Shown: in pieces, positions 54,142-64,000 of the stretch | Position numbering within the stretch: the stretch's first letter is position 1 | Layout of the letters: the number at the start of each line of letters is the position of its first letter | From: Vicugna vicugna | Taxonomy: Eukaryota | NCBI GenBank assembly: GCA_013265495.1 | Contig: MU058337.1 | Span: 436,001-500,000, forward strand | Length of the DNA stretch: 64,000 bases | Direction of reading: 5' to 3' | Position numbers and translations under genes: made by a program | Notes under the pieces: model-generated | Databases searched by the model: none | Seen by the model: only the letters and a program-made list of their open reading frames with translations | What the model was told of the DNA's origin: nothing

Positions 54142-54224
54142 GGACAGCGGACGTTCAGGGGAGCAGCAGCCGAGACCTCCGGGAGGTCGACGCGCGGGGA
54201 CGCCGGACGGAGCTGTGTGCGCAG
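54142..54224 (+). other. Candidate 5' exon of the rightward transcript
   Basis: Acceptor cctcactccctcag, strong donor cag|gtgagc. Confidence 0.45.
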
Positions 54225-54518
54225 GTGAGCACGGGGTGCGGAGACGCTGGGAGGCCGGGAGGCCACGGGCCTGGGGGGCCCTCGGCGTGTGTGGCCTGCT
54301 CCTCAGATGCCCAGTGTTAGCCCTGAACGTGGCCTCCCTCCCGCAGGGCCGTGCTGGGAGCGCTGTGGCCCTGCTGTGACTCCGAGGAATGAAGGAGGGT
54401 GGCGAGAAAATGAATTTTGACATGCTGAGATGTAGGGAAGTTACCCCGGCTGGTACACGAGTTAAGTTGAATTTCCTGCTAGAACAGCCTGCTTGTGGCC
54501 TGGTACGGCGGCATTAAT

Positions 54519-54885
54519 TATTAACGAAAAGGGCACATTGACTGCGTGAAGAATGTCTGTGTTAAACATAGAGTTTAAATGCCCCTCTGCCGGGATGCCC
54601 CTGCCGGTCCTCGGCTGAGGATGACTCCGTCTCCTGGTGCCAAGGCCATACTGAGGTGGGGTACATACTGGTCTCTTTGTTTGTTTGTTTTTAGAGAAAC
54701 GTTTCCCCGACTTGTTAATGTCTCTGTTCTGACGAGAGATAAAGCTGTGCTGGAAGCCACGCTCCTCCGGCGGAGCAGCGCCTCAGAGTGATGTGGGAAG
54801 CGGGTTTCTGGGCTAGTCCTAAGTTTGCCTCAAATAAAACTCTTTTCTATTATTATTGATTGATTGTTGATTGTTTTTGTTGACA
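54519..54885 (+). mobile_element. Solo LTR, ERV1 class
   Basis: Ends ...gttgaca; gataaa TATA-like at 54738, AATAAA at 54833-54838 then T-rich U5; degenerate start tattaacgaaaa; no clean TSD. Confidence 0.75.
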
Positions 54886-55685
54886 TTAGCTACACAGCCC
54901 GAGACCCATCTTCTGGGCGTTACTTGTTGCCCCTGCGTCCTGCGCTGTGGTTTTCAAGGGTGAGCGTCCAGGTGGCGGCCATCTTGCCCTGGGGGTGGGC
55001 AGGGACTCAGGATGGAGTTGACTCTGCACAGTGTTCCTGAGCTTTGTCGCTGTTGATGCGTCTCTGCTCTCTGAGAGCTACCCTAAGGTGGTGCAGCCAG
55101 AGGCCCTTCCGCAGCAGCTGCAGAGAGCTCTATGTTGATCATATGGATGTTAATTTACAGTAAAGGAAGAAAAGACAGAACAGGGACGTACCACAGTGAA
55201 AGGGCCATGCAGTTAGTGGAACATGGCACCAGGCCATTTCTGGTACATGGTCAGCATAGCCCAAACTTTGATCTACTCTTTTGCCACAGCTTTAATGCCA
55301 AGAGACTGGATTTTGACATTCTGAATATTCAGTTTAGTAGCTTCTGCTGCAGACATGACCCTAAATTTTAAGTATTCTCCATTCTAGCAATAATCATGTA
55401 ACAAAAATGTCCCAGGGCAATGTGCTACCTAATTTGTTTAAACTATGAGCAGGCAACCATGAAAAATGAGCACCAGACAAAAAAGATATAGCTCCTATTC
55501 ACCCCATCACATAAAAACAATTTGATAATTCATTCAACAAGTGTTAACAATTAATGATTTTATGTGACACAATTGTTTTAGATGCTGGAGCATCATAAAA
55601 TGCCCTTGACCTTTTAGAGCTAACATCTTGGAGGCAGAGGCAGATAGCAAGCAAACGAGTAAACAGGCATCTTCAATCATAATTA

Positions 55686-55925
55686 CAGATCTTCCTTGAC
55701 TTACAATGGAGTTACCTCCCAATAAAACCATTGTAAGTTGAAAATATCAAGTTGCAAATGTATTTCATATGCCTAACCTGCCAAACATCATAGCTTAGCC
55801 TAACCTACCTTAAATGTGCTCCAAATACTTATATTAGCCAGCAGCTGGCTAAAATCATCTAGCCCAAAGCCTATTTTAAAATAGTGTTTAATAACTCATG
55901 TAATTTAATGAATACTGTACTGAAG
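55686..55925 (+). mobile_element. Tigger-derived DNA transposon (MER47A-like), 5' portion
   Basis: ta|cagatcttccttgacttacaatggagttac...catcatagcttagcctaacctaccttaaa...aatactgtactgaa. Confidence 0.85.
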
Positions 55926-57955
55926 ATGCAGAAAATCTAAACAGACCTATTAACTTCGGATGAATTAGGGTAAGTTACCAAACAGCAAAAACCTGAGAGA
56001 GATTTTAGTCCCAGGTACTTTCACCAGCAGAGGTGAAATCAGTGCAGATAAAATATCTGGATTATTTATTAATATTCTCCTGTGTAGAAATGAAAGGCAT
56101 CTTCATGAAAAGCCTCCCCCAGTCCCTGATATCTGATTCTACTCATTCTAAATCTTACATTCAAAGCCTTATAAAAAAAAAGTACCAATTAAATAAATGA
56201 GTCGCTGGTGAGAGGCAGGAAGTCTCCTATGAATTCTCTAAAATAATAGGATCCCTGGGTTTGGAACAAATTAGTAAAAGCCCAGTAAATGTTTTCAATA
56301 AGTGAGGTTGACACATTTAAATGGAAATAGTATCACAGCAGACATCAGGAGATTTGGGTTATGTACTAGTGCTATTAAACAGTGACCACTTGACCTTGAG
56401 CAAGTCATGTAACTTTTTTGTGAATTTCTTTTTCTTGGTTTGTACAAATGGAAGATATCTGTTTTTGTTTGTTTTTTTTTTAGGAGAGGATCTTACATAC
56501 TAATAGGTTTCCCACCAGTGTTTGAAGGATGCTTAAATAGTAATAGTTGAAAAATTAAAAGAAAAGAGAAAATTTAATGCCTTGTACACTGAAGTGTGTG
56601 AACTGAGATTGGTCCCACCCCCATATAGGAACCTTCTCTTGGATTGCTAAGAATATTTTATGGAAAAGAAAAAAACCTTGGACTTAATCAATATCATACT
56701 CAAATGTGCAGAGTAAACTTCTTTCCTTCTCTCATACTTCAAGCAGATTCCTTTCCCTTAGAGCTCCCTTCCCAGTGGGAAGTAGGAAAATATAATTTAA
56801 CCCCAATGTATTAAATTCAGTTCTGCGGGATAATTCAAACGATCCTTTGAGAAATTGTTCAGTGCTATCAGGGAAACATGTTCAGTCTCTATTGTTACCC
56901 CATCCTTATTCCTCTGCCCAAGAGGACAGCCAGGTACCTGAGGGGCTTGTTGTTATCACATGGCAGCTGAAGAGTAGGGCTCTTCTATTCAGGGTTGTGT
57001 TCTATGGTTTTTCACTAACCTTCTCTGGCGAGTAGTTGGTTAAAGTCACTCCCTGGACATTCTGCTGTCATTTTTGCTAAAGATGGTCCCTGGTTAAATG
57101 TGTAGCCCATTTCCTTTTAGCTTGATAAAAGCCTGGTCACCTTCCAAAGTTGACATTACACACACTTGGGTGCTTCTGGTCCCGCATTCCCTCTCTCAGT
57201 TATTCTACTTCCACTTTCCATCCTCTGGCCAGGCTGTTGGTGGCACAGAATTGACTGTGAATTCCCTTCAACAGTTCAGACCCTAGAAGCAGACCTTAAC
57301 TCTACTACCTACCTCATGTGGAGATTTGAGAGTTTCTGGGATTTGTCCACACCATTCAGGAAAATTGGATGACTTGGAGAAGCTAAAATCTAGCCTGAGA
57401 GAAGAAATAATTACATTGTATAGCCAAGTTTACTTTATTTTGGGGAATTTTGTAAGTTAGTATGGGGTAGAGAAAAGGACATCCAAAATGCTCTGAAACT
57501 CATCGCCTCCTTCTTTTCAGGAGTTCGCCAGACTCTGACTCAGGATATATAGGTTGATTCAGTGGAAGAACAGCTCCAGAAGCTCTTATTTTCAAACAAG
57601 TTTATTTCCTTAGCAGGAGGCTGGATTCTTATATAAGAGTCTGCATGTGCTTTGACCATTTTGTTGATGTGCTTCCTTGGTGTGATCAGCCCTGCCCAAC
57701 ACAAGCTGCCTCTGCACCTTGTGAATAACAAGATAATCTGGGAACATTGCATCATACTATTTCTCTGCCTCTACTTTTTCTCGGTAATCCCAATTTTACA
57801 GATAAAGTATACAGCACATCCATTGCTGTGTGTCTGCCACACAGTGAGGGGAAGATTGCATACCTCCTTATTCAGACCAAGAGCTTCCATTTTAGGGAAT
57901 CAGGCAATGTACCCTGGCCCATTGTAATCTAAGGCAAAACTTCAGAGCCAATATC

Positions 57956-58075
57956 CAGTGATGTGCTGGGGCAGACTCCTGCCCACGCATGACAGAGGAT
58001 TGTGAAAGTTTTAACATAGCCTTTATTACATTTCACCATGTACCACTACTGCACATTTCTTCCCAGCACTGCCAT
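57956..58075. mobile_element. hAT MITE (MER63-like)
   Basis: Inverted termini cagtgatgtgctgg...ccagcactgccatt. Confidence 0.55.
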
Positions 58076-58970
58076 TCAGTGACACTGTGTTGTCAGTTCC
58101 AAATTGGTCATGGTAAGGGTATTTACATGATAGAAATTGGTAAACAGTAAAAATATGGGCATTATTTTTTCTCCTGGATCGCTATTGTTAAGCATTTGAC
58201 AGCATACCACTGGTAAAACTCTCCTCAGATGAAGACTGGAGATCATTTTTTGTTGATTACCTGGAGGCAAGAACAGAGAGCTATCAAAATGGTCATCAGA
58301 TTCTGAAAACTAAGCTCGTAGGAAACTCTTTCTCCTGCACAGGAAGCAAAGCAAACCTTTTCAGTACAGAACTACAACTTAACCATTCTTCAAAATATGT
58401 AATCAAATCTGTTATATACATAAATAAGAACTAACTAGGAGGAAAAATATAATCATTTCAGTGTAGCTTTGTAATCTATGATTTGACTTATTTGGCAAGA
58501 CATTTACCTTTCCAAATGTGTTTAGTTTAACTCGATTAGGTATTAGCTGTCTGAGCAAATATCCTTTGACAGAAGGGCTCTGCAACTTTGGGAGAAAGAG
58601 GGGAATAGCCTGATTAGCATGTTTTGGCATAAATAATACATTCAAGAAAAATAATATTCTTGCAGTTTCTTTCATGCCCAGATTTTAAAGTTGTTTGAAG
58701 TTAAATATTCTTTAGTTTCTAAGTTTTTGTTTCTTTTATAAAGATCTTAATTTATTCTTTTATCTAACACATACTTTAAAAGAATGATGGAGGTTCAAGG
58801 AAGAATGAGTGGTCTCTGCCCTCAAGAAAATATCCTTTAGTTAGAGGAGGCAGCCAGATAAACAGGAAATATCCAACAACAAAGTGAGTTCAGTAATATA
58901 AATGAAGAATGGTTTGTGGGAGCATTTGTGTGTATAAATATGTCTTCGCAAGTGTGTAAACGTGGGATTA

Positions 58971-59041
58971 CCTTTCTTTCCTTCCTCCTTCCCTCCCTCT
59001 CCCTCCTTCCCTTCTTTCTTTCCTTTCCTTTCTCCCTTTCT
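58971..59041. repeat. Polypyrimidine (C/T) low-complexity tract
   Basis: About 70 consecutive pyrimidines. Confidence 0.95.
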
Positions 59042-59183
59042 GGCATACCCTGATTGCTCCTGCTGGGTGAATCCATGTGAAATATATGGTGATATCCCTC
59101 ATCCTCAGTTGCTTCATGTGGTACTGTGAAAACAAAACCAATTTTAGCATCAAAGGATATTTTCAAGTATTTTTCTTCACTAG

Positions 59184-59220
59184 GCAAGCTGTAAGAATCT
59201 TCAGCTGTTTTGTTGCCATG
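59184..59220 (+). other. Candidate 37-nt exon ending in ATG
   Basis: Acceptor tttttcttcactag, donor gccatg|gtgagt. Confidence 0.45.
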
Positions 59221-60447
59221 GTGAGTAGAGTTAAAGCGATATTTCTAGTCAGAGAGGAAAATCTAGAAAACGAATGCTAATATGAAATAAACTAACAGCC
59301 ATTATCCTTTAATACAGGAAAGTTTAAAAGTGAGAATTATCACCTGTTCTCAGACATGCAAAGAAGCATGTATTTGTTACTGAAGACTGGCCTGGATAAG
59401 GGTTGACCGTTTTCTCCTCTTTGCAAATTCAGTATTAAATATATCTAAAGTTTAAAATTCTACTTTATTTCAAGAATGGGTTTAAAATTTGCTTGTAGGG
59501 AGAAGATAATTTTTTATGGGGACAGGGGAACTAGGTTTCAGTCAGTTCTCCAGAAATTACTACCTCCTGTTTGGGAAAAAGAAAAAAGAAGAAAATAATT
59601 TTTGTCCTTTCAGAATTATTTTAGTGATAAATACTGTAATGTGTCCTAAAAACCTTGTAAACTATTAGGCCCCAGACAAACATTTAATTTTATCATTGTC
59701 ACTTGATAATAAAGCACACAAAAAGGTGTATTACTGATCATAATACAGAGCACTGCAAATGGTCAGTGAAATTCCCTCACCATTTCAGGTAACCCATTGT
59801 GCCTTTCTTTACACAGTTTGTGAGACAGTATACTTCTTTTTTGGACTTACATGGCAACATTCAGGAGACTGAACAGGTCTTTTGTCCATTATTTTTGTGG
59901 AGGTTTTATCTTATTGAGTTGTAGGAATTGGTTGTCTATTCTGAATATGTAAGTCCTTTCCTGTTTACAAAAAAGACATAGGAATGGCCAATAAGCACAT
60001 GAGCAGGTGCTCTAATGCATTAGTGATTCAGGAAGTGCAAATTAAAAGAAAGATTGACATACTGTTTCACAACCACCAAAGTGAATATAATTAAATATTG
60101 GCTAGAATACGAAACAACTAGAATCTTATATTGTGCTAATAGGAGAGATAAATGGTACTTTAGCAAATTTTATTGCATTTTCTTTAAAGTTAACCATATA
60201 CTTGTAGAACCCTGAAATTCCATTCCTAGGTATTTTTCCAAAGGAATTTCTTCTGTAAATCCAGTTTTATGTATGGTGGGTTTATTTGATTTCCTACAGG
60301 TCTCTGGTACTATATTTGATTTCTTTTTATTTTAATGTTTCATGATTTTAATATTTCTTATTTACCTTTAAGTTCACTGATCATTTCTTCTGCTATGTCA
60401 AAGTGTATTGTTAATGTCATCCAATAAATGTGGTATTTGATTTTTTT

Positions 60448-60695
60448 CACAGATAGAAAAAACAAACTTATGGTTACCAAAGGGGAAAGGAGGGGAGGGA
60501 TAAATTAGGAGTTTGGGATTAACAGGTACACACTACTATACATAAAATAGATAAACAAGGACCTACTGAATGGCACAGGGAACTATATTCAGTATTTTGT
60601 GATAATCTATAATAGAATCAAATCTAAAACTAACAGAACATTGTAAATCAACTATAAGTCAATAAAAATTTTTTAAATTAAAAAACAAACAAAAA
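60448..60695 (+). mobile_element. L1 3' UTR fragment (cetartiodactyl-type)
   Basis: aaacttatggttaccaaaggggaaagg...gggataaattaggagtttgggatt...cagggaactatattca; clearly similar to 8450-8600 in this window. Confidence 0.9.
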
Positions 60696-62358
60696 TGTTA
60701 TTTTTTATTTTTTACAGTCACTGTTTAGTTTTAGTTTAGAGCTTTTGTTTCTCTGTTGAAATCCCCATCTATTCACACAATCTAATGATCTTGTCCTATA
60801 AATTAATAATCCTTTTCTCCATTAGTCCTTTTATTTAGTTATTTAATTGTTAATGATTTTATCTTAGCTTTTAATTCTTGCTTCTTAACTCCAGCATCTC
60901 GGACATCCTTTGTTCTGACCCTATTGACTGATGATTTTTCTTGCTTATGGGTGACATTTTCCTGTGTATTTATATGTCTCTAATCATTACAGTGTGCTGG
61001 ACATTTTACATAAAGTTCAGCAGAGGCTAAAATAGATCATTTTGTTTTGTTTTCTCCACTGGAAACACATACTTTACTTTGTCAGAAACCTAAGTGAAGC
61101 GGCTAACACCATGAGTGGAACTAAACTGAGGTAGGACAATTGCAAATTTAATTGGTTTCACTTTATCTTTAGTTTCAAATGAGATAACAGAAATTGTCTT
61201 TGCCTTTTTTCCCTAACACTCAACTTATTTAATTGACAGAGGGACTGTACTCTTTGATCTTTCATGTTTTACCTGCGACTGAGTTTGTAGCTTTAGTTAC
61301 ATTCTGCTTAACTGAATTTAACTCCCGTTGTGCTCTTTTTTTCCAGCTGTGTTGTGTCTCAGTTAACCTAGCAACAGTTCCGTGGAAGATAACTGTCAAG
61401 ATACTGATTTTTTTATGTTGTTGTTGGAGGCTCTTCTATTTCCCAGCCAGATTTTTGCTTGCAGCAGTGTTAATAAAAATTAGGCTGCTTTCTCCCTTTT
61501 CCTAGAACAGTCTCTGCGGTTTCAGTGGTCTTAGCCTTCTCCTTACTCTTACCCAGGTTAGGCTGCTGGCACATGTACAACTGTCTCTCTTTGCTCACTG
61601 ATGAAGTGCTTATCCTTTGCAGAATTTAGTTTAGATTTGCTTGCATACATTGTTTGATGGCATTACAGGGGAGCATGCTTATATTTATCCTGTGTTGTTT
61701 CAATGGGAACAAAGGACTTTCACATGAACTCAGTTACTATTTTTATTTTGCAGTTTGCTTTTTTCTTAATCTTTAACAGATTACATTTCCTCCCTTATCT
61801 TCCTAAAGTGGGCCGCTCTCTAGATTAGTTCATGTAACTCTGCTTCATTATTTCCCATGGCTGAATGATATATCATATTATTATAGTACCAGAACATATC
61901 TAAATTATCTGCTTTGATTGCAATTACTACTTCAAATAATCATGGGATGAATAACGTTACCTATATGAAACATATATTTATCTCATACCGTTGTGTGATT
62001 GTTTCACTTTGGTACATTCCTAGGGTTGAAATTGTTGACTCAAAATAACTATTAATTTTAACTGGTCAAAATTTCACCAGATTTTATTTACAAATAAGTA
62101 TTAGCAATAAATGCTTCAAAATTTTATGAATGCTCAAACCCCTCTCCTTGTCACTACTGTGTATCTTATTCTTTTAAATTTATGCCAATTTGGTGGGGGC
62201 AAAATTCTTCCCCCACTCCTTTCTTTTAGTATTTACTTTTCTTGTTTACTAGTGAATTTCATCTTTACGAGTAATAGTCAGACTTCATCTTTGAAGGCCA
62301 TTTATCTTTGCCTGTATACTTTGCTATTGCATCCTTTTTCTATTCCCTCTTGATTTTG

Positions 62359-62420
62359 GTGTATTTGTGGGAGAGGGTGAGCTACCAGCTTCCTTTTGCT
62401 CCGCCATCTTGGCCCTTCCA
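62359..62420 (-). mobile_element. Tailless mini-insertion of the L1 extreme 5' end
   Basis: Minus strand tggaagggccaagatggcggagcaaaaggaagctggtagctcaccctctcccacaaatacac; 19-bp direct repeats at 62340-62358 and 62421-62439 with one mismatch. Confidence 0.8.
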
Positions 62421-63102
62421 CTATTCCCTATTGATTTTGAAGAACTTGAATATTATAGATATATGAACATATTTTTATTAGTTATTTCTGTGTCTGTATT
62501 CCTTACCACGGTGGGAGCTTCTTGATATTAAGTGCAAAATCATATTAACCTTTTCATATCCAGGAAAATTACAGTTGCTTGCCTGAAGTAGACATTCAAA
62601 TATTGACCAACTGAATAGAATTGACATAGAATGATACATTCCATAATTATTCCTCTAATAAATAAAGATACTCCACATGTCCTATCATATAAATAATCAG
62701 CTTGTTAAAATAGATTCCAATCTATTCTGCCTTCTATTTCAGTAGTTGTGATCATTACTGGACTTTTTAGTGAACTTCATCATTGCAACTCTGCTTTAAG
62801 TCTCACCTACCCAGTCTTCTGGACTACCCTCAATGTCTGTGAAAGCATTACTTATCATTTTTTAATGATTCACCTCTGTCCAGTGCATCACTTGTTCTTT
62901 CTGACTCAGTAATTGGTCTTACTCATAATATAGATATGACCTAAGAGCCAGTCAAAACTGAGTTTGATCAAGGCACCTATCTAGAGTCCTGATGATAAAA
63001 TAAGTTTCAATCATTGAATCTAATTAGAAAAGAAAACCCTCTTAAACCAGTGTGTATGAGTGTAGACATGACTCTATTCATTTATATTTTTGCCCTTGAA
63101 AG

Positions 63103-63233
63103 CTGACTGTGAGACATTTTGATCGGAAAACTCCACTAAGAATGGCAAAACAGCGGGTGAAGCAGATATGTTACTAAAAGAGCGTCAGGTGTTGACTGCT
63201 GTCATTTCCTACTAGAACAGCTTGTCCTTAGCA
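63103..63233 (+). other. Candidate exon of the rightward transcript
   Basis: Acceptor atatttttgcccttgaaag, donor gca|gtgagt; 131 nt; no frame is open end to end. Confidence 0.35.
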
Positions 63234-64000
63234 GTGAGTCAGGACACACCTGTGTCCTGATCAGTTATTGAATGTATAGGGAAGATAGCAATTTCAGTAT
63301 ATAGTTTCAGGTGTGCCAAAGACAACTTTTTTCTATTATTCAACTTAACATTTAATTCAAAGCCGTATCCTACTCAGACACAGTGCCCTTAAAAATATCC
63401 CCTTTCACATAGGGACATAGCCATATAGTTATAACCATTGCAAAGAACTGGGGTCAGGGGAGTGTACAGATCAGGTCGAGTATATTTCTTGTGTGTCTTA
63501 TTAATTGGTCTTCACATGTTGCTGCAAATTCCTGCCCAACAGGCTTATTATGCCTGTATCTTGTCCTGCCATACCCTTGTCCTTAGTTAATGAATAAGGG
63601 ATTGTTCATAAGAACGGATACAAAGTAACAGGTTAAAATAGAGGGGGAGAGAAAATATAATCAAAACATTCTATCACAGATGTGATAAGAAAATCACTAC
63701 TGAATACTGTGAATTATAAGCTTTTCAATAAATACGTACATTAAAACCGATGCAGGTTTTCCATCAAATAACAGCATTCTCACTAACTTGCATTTGGAGT
63801 TGTATTTTTGAATTAGAGAGAAAGAAATGGTTTATACAACTTACAGAAATATGTACAAAACAAAAATAATTGAAACATGCAGTCAGTTACTTTGGGTGAG
63901 TATTGCTGTTCCTTCAGAATTTGTGGCAAAAAATATGTAGATTTATTTCCCAACAAAATTAGCAAGGTTGGATATAGAAAATCTGGGTATATCATGGAAA

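Larger units (their letters stand above)
53590..54410. promoter_or_regulatory. CpG island, probable bidirectional promoter
   Basis: Sharp rise in GC and CpG; GC boxes at 53649, 53861 and 53878; KLF-type gccacaccc at 53912; ETS caggaagt at 53957-53964 abutting E2F-type ggcgggaaa at 53965-53973; splice donors on both strands. Confidence 0.9.

Noticed and set aside
53613..54423. Overlapping Pro/Arg/Ala-rich ORFs of 72-138 aa
   Set aside because: Expected from stop-codon depletion in a GC-rich island; present on both strands and crossing apparent splice donors.
1..64000. tRNA, rRNA, snRNA, processed pseudogene or named host gene
   Set aside because: None recognised by eye. An Infernal/Rfam scan and genome alignment are needed to exclude small RNAs and name the locus.

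Overview
Mammalian genomic DNA, AT-rich and repeat-dense, with two assembly gaps (9171-9388 and 9826-10419). The young L1 3' ends, the ERV LTR types and the absence of recognisable Alu, B1/B2, Bov-A/Bov-B or PRE SINEs suggest a cetartiodactyl, probably a camelid; this is inferred from recalled repeat consensus, not from a search. I cannot support any host protein-coding CDS. The only convincingly coding ORF is the C-terminus of L1 ORF2 (34177-34635, minus). The main host feature is a CpG-island promoter at about 53.6-54.4 kb with splice donors on both strands. Several well-formed candidate exons lie on either side and appear non-coding (lncRNA or 5' UTR); I could not name the gene. The most notable structures are a solo ERV1 LTR split by an inversion of about 210 bp and diagnosed by its flipped TSD, a 62-bp tailless insertion of the L1 extreme 5' end inside a 19-bp TSD, and a young ERV2-type LTR whose left junction coincides exactly with a contig break. 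I found no evidence for a wholly new biological system. All repeat family names are from recall and need RepeatMasker/Dfam confirmation.
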